This document shows, in pieces, positions 27,605 through 40,184 of a stretch of 64,000 nt of DNA. The translations under genes were made by a program, and so were the position numbers. The notes beneath the pieces were generated by a model. It made no database searches. It was not told the DNA's origin and was given only the letters and a program-made list of their open reading frames with translations. Each line of letters opens with the position of its first letter. The stretch's first letter is position 1. Source of the DNA: Asterias rubens (lineage: Eukaryota). The stretch covers positions 10,912,001 through 10,976,000 of the forward strand of contig NC_047069.1 in assembly GCF_902459465.1 (NCBI RefSeq). The letters are read 5' to 3'.

Positions 27605-28536
27605 TCAGACCACTGTCCAGTAATCTGGTTTTCTCAACAGCAAAATTGACACTGTACAGCGTTGGAGTGGTTTAAATCCAGTGGACTTCGCGATGCTACT
27701 TATGGACTTCGCATGCTCAAATTCAGGCAAAACCATTTCTCCGTGCCATTCAAACAACACTTCTCTGACACCTCTTGAATACGCAATGTCCAGGAATTCT
27801 AAATGTTGATTGTTATATAGATTGTCGATGTAAAGCACCAAAGCACCAGGTCTCAACTCTTGGAAGATTTCACGAAGTAGATTTCCATGAGAGTTTCTTC
27901 TTCTTAAGAAAGCTGCGACGGTTGAAAAAAACTTGACCATAGTGATGATATGAGCTGATCGAACAGCAAAAAGACCACGTGGACTCAGCGAACTGTCTGT
28001 CCATAATATATTACCTGGCATATATGTCATTTTGTGAAGTTGAAAGTCATTCGGATTTGCAGTAGTCATTGTTCTCCAGCTATTTTCCCATTCTTGGAAC
28101 AAATCGATTATCGTGCATTCCACACGGGACGCTTGAAACAGTGGTGAACTGTCTCGGGTCCACCCCCGATACAGCAGATAGAAAGTACGGGGTTCCACCC
28201 CCAGCTTACCCGGAGAAGATACCCGGAGTACAGCAGTGACAGCTGCAAGCTTCGATATAGGCAAGATGGCAGTGAATGGTGAAAAAAACGGTATACGTAG
28301 GCGCATCGGTAACCACTGTCGCTCCAGTCGGGTCTACTGACACGCGTATCATGCAAGCTTTGTTTGTAAATAATTGAAATAGAGTCAAAACAAAGCCGAA
28401 GCCTCTCCGTCATTGCTTCTGTGTCAACACCGAGCGAAAAAATGAAGTCGAAATAGTTGCCGACGACATGGTCGAAATATTTTACCGCTTCGATTGATTG
28501 AACCGTATACACGTACAAAGGATCACAGTACTCCAT
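27605..28536 (-). pseudogene. MT-2: frameshifted methyltransferase-like paralogue
   Basis: N-terminal ORF 28108-28536 (DW..YRCAYVY, ICCIGGGP) and C-terminal frame 27605-28306 (ECTIIDLFQEW, MVKFFS, ELRPGALVLYIDN, FKPLQRCTVSILLLRK) are out of frame. About 10 codons after GGGP are missing relative to the paralogues. Confidence 0.75.
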
Positions 28537-30691
28537 TGTTGAAAATAAAGTTCACAATGTTTCATGCACGGTTAATATTTTTCAGAGCACGGCAGGATGT
28601 TGTTTATTATGACCCGACAAGCTTATCAATTATTCATGAATATACGATAGGTGCGTTTATTATTGCCTGTGCTCGCCATCATTATCTTTGAACCTTACAC
28701 TGCTCTGTAGATCGCCCGTCAATTTGTTTCTGTCTCGTTTTGCAACTGTGTTTCAAAACAAACAGACAACCGACCGCTTCAATCTACTTCCTACTCCTGC
28801 GTTAGTCGCATGGGTTATGTTGTCTGAAGGTAACGGTTGTGAAAGCACTGGGCCCACTTTTATAGATCCGCGTTTAGCAGAAAATATTGCTTAAAGACAC
28901 TGGACACCACTGGTAATTGTCACAGACCAGTCTTCTCACTTGGTGTATCTCAACATAATATGCATAAAATAACAAACCTGTGAAAATTTGAGTTCAATTG
29001 GTCGTCGAAGTTGCGAGATAATAATGAAACAAAAAACAACCTTGTCACACGACAAGGTTCGAATGTAACAATTAACACAAAATTAATACACAACTCAATA
29101 ATATTGATTTAACCTACATTTATTGATAGTTAGTTCACATGGGTGAGGTTTGCGATAGCACCTTGCTACCGCAAAGCTCAATGTGTTAATCTTTGTTGAG
29201 ATGTACTGGTGCTAAAGAAGAACTGGTGGCTGAGTAATAACCCTAACCCCAAACCCAACCACACCCCACCCTACTGACCCGACCGACACCAACCCCACCC
29301 ACAACCCTAACCATAATGTTGACAGAGTTGTCAACCACCGGTTCTTTTCATCAGAACCAACTCAAAAGAGATTTACACATCTTAATACCGCAAACCTCAC
29401 TTAATACTACAATGCAAAGTTTCATATCCTAATGCTTCATAAACAAAAAGTCAAAAATGTACATTATTATTTGTTAATTTCGATTGTCGTTTTTGTCGTG
29501 ACTTTTTCCAAACTGCTCTTAAACCATTTCATCTTGGAAATTTCATTACTCAAGTACACATCGTCAAAAGAGTCGTCAACATGCTTTTATTATTCGAATA
29601 AAGACCTTAAAGTAAGAGTCAAGTTCCAGGAAAAAGCAACGAATTCCTTTATTATTTAAAATATTCCCCATAATGCCTAAATGGTATAAAACAAACAAAT
29701 TAATATGAAAGTGAGATTAACATCGGTCCGACACTCAAAGCTTCACACACCTCGCGGCAAAAACAAAAAATTGCTGAACTGTGTGTAAATTAAGCATTGT
29801 TGAAAATAAAGGAAACATAATAGAGGCCCAATTGATGAATTAAAAACGTGTGATTGAGATTTGGCCTAACAATCAATGTTTAAAATTGCACATCTCACTA
29901 ATGAGAGACTTTTGGGACGCTTGGGTGGCAGCAGACTTACCAGGTAAAATCCATTGTTCTCGGGCATAGGCGCACGCTCAGAACTATGTAAACAATGGCA
30001 ATAGATCTTTTCGCAAATACCGGGGCGCGCGCGTAAAGCTTGGAATTAGGTGCATTGTGGTCTTGCTGGTATCCAAATTTGATCCATATATATCCCACAA
30101 TGCACCTCATTCAACAGTCTGCGCTTGCGCATTGGTATTTGCGATAAGGTCTATTTACCTGGGAAGTCTGCTGCCACCTAGCGTCCACTACTGCACAATA
30201 ATATTGAAAAGTAGATTAATTTTGCTTTTACACTTACACCGATGTGTCTAGCACTGTATACTCGGTACTTTCCTGTGAAAAAAAAAAATCACACGCATGT
30301 GATACTCGGGTGGCAAGCCTGTGATTTTGTTCTTCACATGACTCGGGAATGTGCTGACTGAAATACTGTGCTAGTACTTATCGGTGTAAGGTAAACCCAA
30401 AATTATATTTTTTATCCCCGATGAAAATTTAACATCTATTAATTGAGAAGTAGTTTCTCTATTGGGGACTAAGAAATGGGTAGGCCTACGTCGGTGGACA
30501 CAACACTTAATTAATTGGCTTAGATAGCATGGAAAAGACTCGAGGTTTGTTTGGTTTTACAAATCGTGTTGAGGTTCAAATGTATGGGTCTACTGTATCG
30601 TTCCCTGGTAATGGTACCATCTAACTCTACCTCCATGATGGTACATATGGAACTTGCGTACTTTTAGCAATAGGTTTACTAAAATTCTTTC

Positions 30692-31636
30692 TTACACTTT
30701 TTGTAAAAGCACCGCTCGGATTTTACAGAATCGCATCGGTTTGAAATCCACTTTACTGCTGAATTTCTTTATCGTTGCTGAGTATTTCTTCGATGGCATG
30801 ACTGTCTTACCTGACCAGTTATATAAAGTTGTCATTCCAGCAGTCAGAATAAAACTGTTGAGGAACTCCCAACTCTTGCTTGCGTTCTCATTGTCGATGA
30901 AGAGTAGCAGAGCACCTTTCTTCATTTCACGGAAGATGGTCTGCATCCTCTGTGCTCTACCGTCTTCCCTGATGAAGGCTGAGATGGTTGAAAACGTCTT
31001 GACCATAGTGACGATGTCAGCATTCTTGACCGCGTCTACGACAGGTGCTTGCAACTCTGAGTGATGAACCAAGTCACACTCTATGTACTCAACGGCTGGA
31101 AGCTCTGGTACATGTTCATGGATGCTGTCCCAAGTTTCTTTCCAACTTGGAAATAATTCAAGGACGGTGCACTTCAGTCTGGAGACGGAACACAGATCAT
31201 TTTCTCGTAGAAATGCGGCCATCCCAACCAGCTCCGAACCCGGGCCTCCTCCAAGGCTGCAAATCCGTAGATCCTTTCCATTTGTGCTCCATTGCGTGAA
31301 ATAACTTTCTCTCTGCAGTGGTTGTAAACTTAAAAACACAAGATGACTGTGTTTCATGAAGTAAAGGAACACATAGGCACAACGATTAGCAGGATCATCC
31401 CAGTCGGGTCTTGATGCTGCATCAGCTAACCCCAGCTTGGACCGGTAGGTGGCTGATATACTTCTCAGTGAGTTGGTAACCTGTTGGTGTGGTTGTTGGT
31501 TCTTCACCTTTATAAGAAGAGCTCCCAGTGTCTTTGTGAGGAGACTACGGAAGTATCCTGCTGCCTTCTTGGACTCAGGAGTCCAGAGGCAAAACAGCTT
31601 ATCTGGTATCACCATACTTTGAATTGAAGCATTCAT
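30692..31636 (-). CDS. MT-3: SAM-dependent methyltransferase-like protein, 314 aa, core domain only
   Basis: ATG at 31636 (the track starts 9 nt earlier at GTG). Acceptor ttactgcag ends at 31650; candidate donor GTAAGT at 32649. Motifs RCAYVFLYF, ICSLGGGPGSELVG, ECDLV, VKTFS, FIDN, PMRFC. Confidence 0.88.
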   Translation of the reverse strand: MNASIQSMVIPDKLFCLWTPESKKAAGYFRSLLTKTLGALLIKVKNQQPHQQVTNSLRSISATYRSKLGLADAASRPDWDDPANRCAYVFLYFMKHSHLVFLSLQPLQRESYFTQWSTNGKDLRICSLGGGPGSELVGMAAFLRENDLCSVSRLKCTVLELFPSWKETWDSIHEHVPELPAVEYIECDLVHHSELQAPVVDAVKNADIVTMVKTFSTISAFIREDGRAQRMQTIFREMKKGALLLFIDNENASKSWEFLNSFILTAGMTTLYNWSGKTVMPSKKYSATIKKFSSKVDFKPMRFCKIRAVLLQKV

Positions 31637-31866
31637 GATTTCCACCTATCTGCAGTAAGAAATACACACATGTTTGAGTATTATAATAATGAATGAATGT
31701 ATACGAATCAATGTTTCATTGATGAATGATTTTAGCATTATACAACGAAAAATCTATCCTATTCTATAGCATGCAATATCTTTCTAATCGTATGCATTTT
31801 ATAACAAACGGTTCAAACGCTTTTCAAAGACCAACTCGGTCGATCCAAGGCAACGTGTTCCTTTAA

Positions 31867-32194
31867 AGCCATTATACACTTTCGGCACAAAACAAAAAAG
31901 GTTCACATATTTACAAATAACTTACAGGGTTTACAGAAGGTAATGGTGAAAGACTTCTTTTGGAATATTATTCCATGAAATGCTTTACTTTTCGAGAAAA
32001 CATTAAAACAATTACAAATTCTCGTTGTCGAGCATTACGTATTTATTTTAAACACATGTCATGACACGGCGAAACGTGCGGAAACAAGGGTGTGTTTTCC
32101 CCGTTATTTGCTCCCGTCTCCGATGAACGATTGAGCCTAAATTTCACAGAATTGTTATTTTTTATATCACTTATACCGAAAGTGTCCGATGGCT
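31867..32194. mobile_element. TTAA-flanked MITE family B (agccattggacac / gtgtccgatggct); also 49917-50282, 53864-54229, 62598-63272
   Basis: TTAA at 31863-31866 and 32195-32198; body shared among the four copies. Confidence 0.78.
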
Positions 32195-33037
32195 TTAAGT
32201 TATCTTGTATGTGTCATAGCCGTAATGGCTGCTCCGTTTCCATGGTAAAGAAAATCCTTCTTGCTACATTTTACCAAATTTTCGAATGTTAAAATTGTAC
32301 CTCTGTGAGTAAGTTATCATCTATTGTAAAAAAATCCCACATTATAAATCTGTTTTCAAATGATTAATCTAGTTATACTGACATTTTAATTTGTTGAAAT
32401 GATGTATTGGGATAATGCACTTGATATCCAGCCGACTTAATTTATCCTGTGTCATAGCCGTCTGCTCTGTTTCCACGGGTAAGAAAACCCTAAGCTTCTT
32501 GCTACAATTTCCCAAATTTTCTAGTTTTTAAATTGTACCTCTAAAAAATCAACACCTTGTTGTCAAATGGTTAATCTAATTTTATTGACATTTTAATTTG
32601 TTTAAATAATGTATTGGGATATCTTGATAAACATAGAAGTGTTACTTACCACTGTACCGTCGGGATGTTACAGAATGATGGACAATTGAGGCCTGACAAT
32701 CGTAACAGTTTTTGCTGACGGGAAATAAGTCATTTAAAAACCAAGTATTGTTGATTGTGGCTTTGGAGGGAGATCCCCTTACATGAAATACACATAGAGC
32801 GAGTCTTTGTCACATCCTATGCAAACCATTATAAGGATAATTTATGCAGTGCTAATAATGCTTCATCATCTGCAGATGAGTGGGCTGGTGAAGTGGGTTA
32901 AACATTAACATAATGTTTCACATTATGATGTGCATCATTTCTCTCATGATGATCGGTACGCCACCAAAAACACTAGCCGGCACCACATATGGTTAGGCCT
33001 ATTGTAATGTTCTTTTTTGGTAATTGTTTTGACGAAC

Positions 33038-35963
33038 ATGGACACTTTTGGTAATTGTCAAAGACCAGTCTTCTCACTTGGTTTATCTCAACATATGCAT
33101 AAAATATCAAACCTGTGAACATTTGAGCTCGATCGGTCGTCAACGTTGCGAGATAATAATGAAAGAAAAAACACCCTTGTCACACGAAGTTGTGTGCTTT
33201 CAGATGCTTGATTTCGAGACCTCTAATTCTAAACCTGAGGTCTCGAAATCAAATTCGTGGAAAATTACTTCTTTCTCGAAAACTTCTTGTTACTTCAGAG
33301 AGAGCCGTTTCTCAGAATGTGTTATACTATCAACCTCTCCCCATTGCTCGTTACCAAGAAAGGTTTTGTGCTAATAATTACCAATAGTGTCCACTTCCTT
33401 TAACTCAAAGTTTCAACAACATACGTCTAATGGTCTATGTTAGCCTACTTCATGTGAGCCTGTGTTGAGTGTTCTCATTCAGAGTTTAACGGCACACGGC
33501 AACATTTTATGCATAAAAATAACAAATCTGTAAAAACATCGGACTCAGTTGGTCATCGAAGTTGCATAAGAATTATTTAAGAAAAAACACCTGTGTTGCA
33601 CAAAATTAGTGCGCATTCAGATGCAAACAGTGAGAAATTGCCTCTTTCTAAATTACTTCAGAGGGGCCGTTTTCTCACATTGTTTTATACTATCAACATC
33701 TCTCCATTGCTCATAATAAAGTAAGGTTTTATGCTAACAATTATTTTGTAATAAATAAATAGTGTCCGTGCCTTTAACACAACCGTACAATGACTCTGCA
33801 ATGAGTACAATGAGACCTTTGCAGAACTCCGTACCCTGTTTACAGTTAACGCCAAGGACCCTTACAGGGGAATACCCTAAATTCGATGAGAAATGTGCAA
33901 TAGCTTCCTGTTGTTTGAACTTCATATTAGTCAATGGATAATTCATTGTCGGACTTGTCACATGTGTTATTCGTTTTTGTATTCTCAAAGCCAACTAAAG
34001 ATGTGGGTTTATGTGTCAGCACAAGGGGGAAAAGTCCATATTAAATATATATATTTCTTTTTAATTTAATCTGTTAAAATCGTAGCATCGATTTCCACAT
34101 AGTTTACTCTGTCTACTATGAAATATTGTGTAGATCGTACTCTTTTGCAAAACTAGAACTTTAGCCTTAAAAAACTTTTTTTTTTAAATCATACAAAATG
34201 TTGCTTGATAAAAAACATTTGACAAGACAAAATAGATTGATAAAATAATGATATGAATGAACACTTAAGCCCCCAAATCTAGCGTATGTATTCATTAATA
34301 TTTAATGGAATGTTTTATTTATTATTAGAATGCCATGATTGAGATTCGTTAATGTGTATTTTAAACTTTAACCTGTTCAAAGATCCCTTTCCCAGTTGCC
34401 AATACAGATCATACCATTAGGACAATAATGCGACATTTAAAGATGACATTATGTATACGTACACATTTGGCGGTGTTTTAAAGGCAGTGAACACGTACAA
34501 GTAGTAATTACTAAAAAATAATTATTATCACAGCACCTTACTTAGTAACGCGTAATGGAGAGCTGTTGATAAACACATTCTGAGAAGCGGCTCCCATTGA
34601 AGTGACGTAGTTTTCAAGAAAGAAATAATTGTCCACGAATTTGATTTCGAGACCTCATTATTAGACTTTTGAGGTCTCGAAATCAAGCATCTGAAAGCAA
34701 CTTCGTGTGACAGGGGTGTTTTTTCTTTCATAGTTATCTCGCAACTTCGACGATCAATTGAGCTCAAATTTTCACAGGTTTGTTATTTTGTGCATATGTT
34801 GAGATATACCAACTGAGAAGATTGGTCTCTGATAATTACCAAAGGTGTCCAGTGTCTTTAACTGAAGGGGTTGGTTTATGATTGTTTTGCCTTTTCACAA
34901 TATGCAAAAGGTTGTCTATCTTGTATACACATCACACATAGTATATAACTATTTTAAAATGTTTACGGCAAACTCTTGCGGGGGGGGGACAATCGATTTT
35001 GGCAATTTTCGGCTTCCGTACCCGATGAGGTCGTGGGGTTGGCGGGGTTGATAATGATATGTTGTTTTTCCTAGACTTGGTTCCAAGTCGTTGATGGTGG
35101 TTTTTAGTCGTCCTAATAGCCGATCCCTCCGGAGACTTATAGAGCGCGTGGTAGCAAATCTGCGGTAATTCTGCGTGGCTGATGCAAAGAAATAACCACA
35201 GTATCAGACCTGAACCAAGGCTATAATAATGGTTTTCCCCGCAGTCACACACGCCATGAGAAATATAGCAGCGTGAATTTGTTTTGTCTTCCGGTACATC
35301 TACATGTATAGATCGAGTGTTGAGTCCGTCGGTTTAAAAACCAAACCATCCTGCAGTGTTTAATTAAGGAACATTCAAAGGGTAAGTTATAGGTCTATAT
35401 ATGATTGTGACTTCGAGACAGTCAGGATCAGCCGGGTCAGGGTTTGAACAATAATTCCAAAAACACTTGATCGTATAGTTTATCAAAATAATTTGACTTG
35501 ACAATGTATGATATATTTATGGAAAGGTGTTAAAGAATACTATAGTTCTGATAAATAGTGATGTATATATGGGCCTACTGTGCACTGGTCAACATAGCTG
35601 TTACTCAAATGATTACAACAATGCCGTTCAGTGCATTGATTATCATAAACCTTTCTTGATTACGAGTAATGGGGAGAGGTTGACAGTATAAAACATTGTG
35701 AGAAACGGCTCCCTCTGAAGTGACGTATTGTTTTCGAGAAAGAAGTAATTTTCCACGAATTTGATTTCGAGACCTCAGATTTAGAATTTGAGGTCTCGAA
35801 ATCAAGCATATGAAAGCATTCGTGTACTGTTACCATATGCGACAAGGGTGTTTTTTTTTCTTTCATTAATATCTCGCAAACAGGTTTGTTAATGTATGCA
35901 TACGTTGAGATACACTAAGTGAGAAGACTAGACTTTGACAATTACCAATAGTGTCCAGTGTCT
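33038..35963. mobile_element. Cluster of MITE family A copies (33038-33399, 33490-33774, 34482-34857, about 35600-35963); duplicated within 40185-42680
   Basis: Family TIR and body in each; TTAA at the intact ends. Confidence 0.75.
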
Positions 35964-36174
35964 TTAATGCAGTTACAAGTTCTTGTTTATTGAGAAATAC
36001 ACCGAAATGTTGTCTTTTTTGTTGGGAAAAAATTATCGAACAAAAAAAGGGTGCGGCCTCAAAAAAGGATGAGGGAGGGGGGGGCGATCATTTTGTTTCT
36101 CAACTTGGCCAAATTATACTCTCTTGCAGTGTATCGGAAAGAGCGACTGGAGACCATTACACAGACTCTTCATC

Positions 36175-37374
36175 ATGGCTACCTCTCACCAGGCAATGCA
36201 GGCTGCAGTCTGTTTCCGTGAGTTATTGGGGAAGGTTTTTAACGATCTTCTCGAGCAGGTCCCTGATCCAGCACCCTCATTGAGACTTGATTCGGTCAAA
36301 ACTTCATTAAGAAGCATATCTTTACTATACAGGAAGGGGCTATGTCGACCTAGTCAATCTGAAAGGTCAAACTGGAATGATGCTGCTAAACGATGCGCTT
36401 ATTTCTTCCTCTACTTCACGCATCATTGCTATCTCGTGTACGTCTCCCTACAACAAGTCCGGCCAGTAAGTTGGAAAAATAAGAGCATGATGAAGGTTTG
36501 TAGTATTGGTGGTGGGCCAGGTTCAGACTTAGTGGGTGTCACTAAATTCCTTCGAGATGCAAACAGGTTCCCTTCTTCGCTTCTCCAATGCCTTGTTCTG
36601 GATTTGTTTCCCAACTGGAAACTCACTTGGGATGCTATTTACCCAAATCTACCAGATGATTTCCATGTGACCTACAAGAGATGCGACCTCGTCAGAGACA
36701 CAATACTTCCAAGTGATGTCCTCAGTTTCATCAGAGATGTAGATCTGCTGACCCTTGTGAAATCCTACTCTGCTGTATCAGCGTTCTTCCGAACCGCCCC
36801 ATATCGAAGAGAACTACTGCGTTCTATTCTCGATGAGCTGAAGCATGGTTGTTTGGTGTTGTTTATTGACAATGAATACGAAGATGATGACTTCGAGGAG
36901 GTGTTCGCATCCTCCTCCGATGCTTTTGAATTGGTAGCTGACTTTAGCGGCAAAGCAAGCTCTCCTCATGGCGGATACTACGGTCTCATATCATACTACT
37001 GTAGCCTCTTTGATTACAAACCCATGCGCTCCTGTAACGTAATTATCAAAGTTTTTCGCAAAAACTATTCAGCCACAAGGTGCTGTCCGGAAAGGTCCTG
37101 TGCAAAAATGAAGAAACTGTTTGACCCAGACACCTTTGATGCTTCTGATCGGCGATCAACCTATTTCAATACATTGCTTAGATCACCACCACCTTATGTG
37201 AGGATGGAATCGCATCAAGCCAATCCCCGACCGAAAGTCCGGAGGGCTGCTTTGCAGGAAGATGACCCTCCTTACCAGCCTTTAAACCGGCCTACAACGG
37301 GACAGGCTATCCTGCTTGTGGCTGGTATTGTTGTTTTTGGTTTTTTTTCTTATGTGTTGAGGCAGTTCCGATAA
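36175..37374 (+). CDS. MT-4: methyltransferase-like protein, 399 aa, with C-terminal PPxY motif and predicted tail-anchor
   Basis: ATG at 36175, after acceptor ctcttgcag (36129); candidate donor GTAAGT at 35382. Motifs RCAYFFLYF, VCSIGGGPGSDLVG, RCDLV, VKSYSA, FIDN, PMRSC. Tail has SPPPY and a hydrophobic end ILLVAGIVVFGFFSYVL-RQFR. Confidence 0.88.
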   Translation: MATSHQAMQAAVCFRELLGKVFNDLLEQVPDPAPSLRLDSVKTSLRSISLLYRKGLCRPSQSERSNWNDAAKRCAYFFLYFTHHCYLVYVSLQQVRPVSWKNKSMMKVCSIGGGPGSDLVGVTKFLRDANRFPSSLLQCLVLDLFPNWKLTWDAIYPNLPDDFHVTYKRCDLVRDTILPSDVLSFIRDVDLLTLVKSYSAVSAFFRTAPYRRELLRSILDELKHGCLVLFIDNEYEDDDFEEVFASSSDAFELVADFSGKASSPHGGYYGLISYYCSLFDYKPMRSCNVIIKVFRKNYSATRCCPERSCAKMKKLFDPDTFDASDRRSTYFNTLLRSPPPYVRMESHQANPRPKVRRAALQEDDPPYQPLNRPTTGQAILLVAGIVVFGFFSYVLRQFR

Positions 37375-37967
37375 ATATGGATGTACATTGTACATGCTTA
37401 CATTTTCCACCTGAAACATAGATTGTTTGAACCTAAATCACCATCCAACACGTGAATTGCTTTTTAAAGAACATATAGGGGGCCTATTTCTCAATTATTT
37501 TAAATCGTTGAGGTATGCTTATCAACATTTTGAATGTCATTTGTTGCTTTTAAAACATGCATTTAAAATTATACGCTAATAGTAATTATGAATTATCCCA
37601 TTCAAGAGGGTTTTGCAAGAGTTCTATAAAGGACACATGAATTATATAATATGATCTTATATAAAACAACTTGTTTTACTTTTAAGGACTTGTATTTCTC
37701 AAAGTGTTTGTTTTATATAGCTTAAACTATAAATCAGCCATACTTGTGTTTAAACTTACGCTGAAAACTTACGCTGAAATAAATTAAATTAAGCAGACAA
37801 AAAAACAAAACATCCCCCCCCCAAAAAAAAAGGGGGATGGGAGACATAAAGGGGAGAGCAAGTAACACAAATTATCAACACAAAGTGGTTCGGCATTTAA
37901 AGTGCAGGGAAATATTGTTATACATCTCTCTTGTTTATAAGAATGCTGCTGCTTTAATTTCGTCTCG

Positions 37968-38190
37968 AGCTAAGGGCACAGGCCTGTATTTATACTACTT
38001 GGCTTAAAAACGACTGGAAGTATTCCCCTTACATCATGCGAGCCAGGGTAAGTCACCAACTCTCGTTGGTACCCATTTGTACTCCTGGACGGAGAGAAGC
38101 AATTATGTGACACAAGTGTCACAAATAGGCTAGGATTCAAACCCATGTACATTTATACAGAACTTGATTCGACTGCCTTAGATCACTTGG
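37968..38190 (-). mobile_element. SINE remnant
   Basis: Contains ggtacccatttgtactcctggacggagagaagc core and a reverse-complement B box (ggattcaaaccc). Confidence 0.5.
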
Positions 38191-38220
38191 CCACGACTCT
38201 CCAACCTTTATTTAGACCAA

Positions 38221-38408
38221 GGCCCTATTTTATAAAGCTGCTTAAGCAGGAAACTCTGCTTAAAGTGTTTCTGCTAAGCAGAAATGAGCAGGATCAGACA
38301 CAAATTGTACACCTGGCATTGTAGTTTGGCTGGTAACCTTATTCTGGTAAGCAAAATTTTGTTGCGATTAGCAACTTTTCCTGCTTAGGCAGCTCTATGA
38401 AATTGGGT
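38221..38408. mobile_element. MITE with GGCCCAATTTCATAGAGCTG-type TIR; also 2619-2823 and a copy starting near 63935
   Basis: Inverted termini and gcttaagca/tgctaagca internal repeats shared among copies. Confidence 0.65.
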
Positions 38409-39586
38409 CCTGGTCTGTCCGTTCTTCCTCCCGTCTTCATCCGTGTAGGACTATATAATTACAGCTATCATTTTGTCTTCAGTTTTTGGCCTCATCACTT
38501 TATCAACTGTTCATTAATTTCATTGTTTCGTTATAAATTTTGTTAGAGGTCTTGGCACATTTTTTCGATCTGAGAATAAACCATATGACGTGTCCATATT
38601 ATTGCTGTTTGGGTATTATTGTTGACTTAGACATGTCAAATAACATTTATGTTGAGGTGTAACTAAGTAGTTCATTATGTTTTCTTCTCAAGTGGCGGGT
38701 TTGGGGTGGCGCAGCAGATATTATACCGTTTTACGTGTTAGGAATTACGCTTGCCATTAAAACTCATACAGCCAAGCTACTATATCATATCGAACTAGTT
38801 TTGACTGGTATCCTGCTATTATAAAATATTTTTTTGGTTAGCAGAAAATGTGTGAACAACATTTCCTTCGAGCAGCTCAGTGAACGGATTTTCCCTTCAT
38901 AGATCGTCATATGCAATACCTTATTTTCTGCGAACAGCTCAGTGAACGGGTTTTCCCATCCCAGCCCATCATCTACGCAATACATTTTAGCTTATTGGTT
39001 GATGGATACTATAACACATTCATGTTGCACACAGTCATGTTCACCCTACATGCATACGTGACGATTGATGATTGGTTAATCGTAACTAGGTGCACAAGTA
39101 CACTGCAAGAAACCGTAACCAATAGAAAAGGCTGTTTCACAGTGTTAGGTAAAGTGCACGGTCACGAAAGTCATTTCACTATTCATGGCTTGTGTATTGC
39201 GTATCACAATCATTGGTGTTGATCAATATACTACGAGAACTTCAGACGCAAAAGGAACAGCCATCATTCTGTGCACACGTGTGAGGGATTCGGCTCATCT
39301 GTCTGCGGAACTATTTTAAGAGGTAGACCTTTGAAAAATTGTTTGGTTTATTCGGTTTGGTTGCTTTTAAAAGAAAGGGAGACAACCTATAGTAGGCCTA
39401 CATAAAATCAGCAGGATTGTGTCAAAACATCTATAATTTCTGACTTCCGAAAAATGTGTTTACTCTGTTTGCCAATCTCTCCATAATGGTTTGCATAAAA
39501 TAGGCCTTTACTGTCTTCAGGATTAATGATGCGGAAACGTTGGTAGAAAAACATTATTTAGATTTGTCACAAAACACAAGTATGTT

Positions 39587-39853
39587 CCCTGGTCAAAATT
39601 CCAGTTGAACCTAGTTAACTGGGGTCAACTGGTTAAACTGGAAAGTGACCAAACTCGTCCATTTTCCATATTAACCAACTGGATTGGACTAGGTTTAACT
39701 GTGTTCAACTAGGTTGAAATTATAAACCAGTTGGTTTCTGTCCATTTTCCATATTAAACCGGTTTTAACTGTGTTTAACTAGTTTATCAACTGGTTTCAA
39801 TTAGTTCCAGTTAAACCCAGTTTAACTAGGTTCAACTGGAATTTCGACCTGGG
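39587..39853. mobile_element. CACTA/EnSpm-like MITE (CCC...GGG termini, 2-bp TT target duplication)
   Basis: About 38-bp TIR, repeated aactgg/ccagtt motifs; empty site atgTTggaaaac near 49826. Confidence 0.72.
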
Positions 39854-40184
39854 TTGGAAAACATTTAGGTGACTGTTATTATGCACTGCGCCTGATAGTC
39901 ATAATATTGACACTAGTTCTGCAATTGATGCTGAACATTAATATGCTACCCCAGTCTGCAAGACATGAACATTAATAATTTAGTTGTGTATTGAGACAAT
40001 GCGTATGTTCCTCAATAGCGTAACAACCATTAATAATTAACAAGTGTGTTTTTTCTTTTTTCGCTGATTTTCGTTCGGTCCTTTTTTTGTTGTTATTAGA
40101 CGAGAGTTTTCCCACCAAATGTTCATTGAGTTCGGCATTCTAATCGGCAAAGGCGACTCGAATTCTTTTACATGGCTGCCATTT

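Noticed and set aside
29236-29315. Interstitial telomeric repeat
   Set aside because: Only two or three separated TAACCC units in a degenerate C/A-rich patch inside a repeat remnant.
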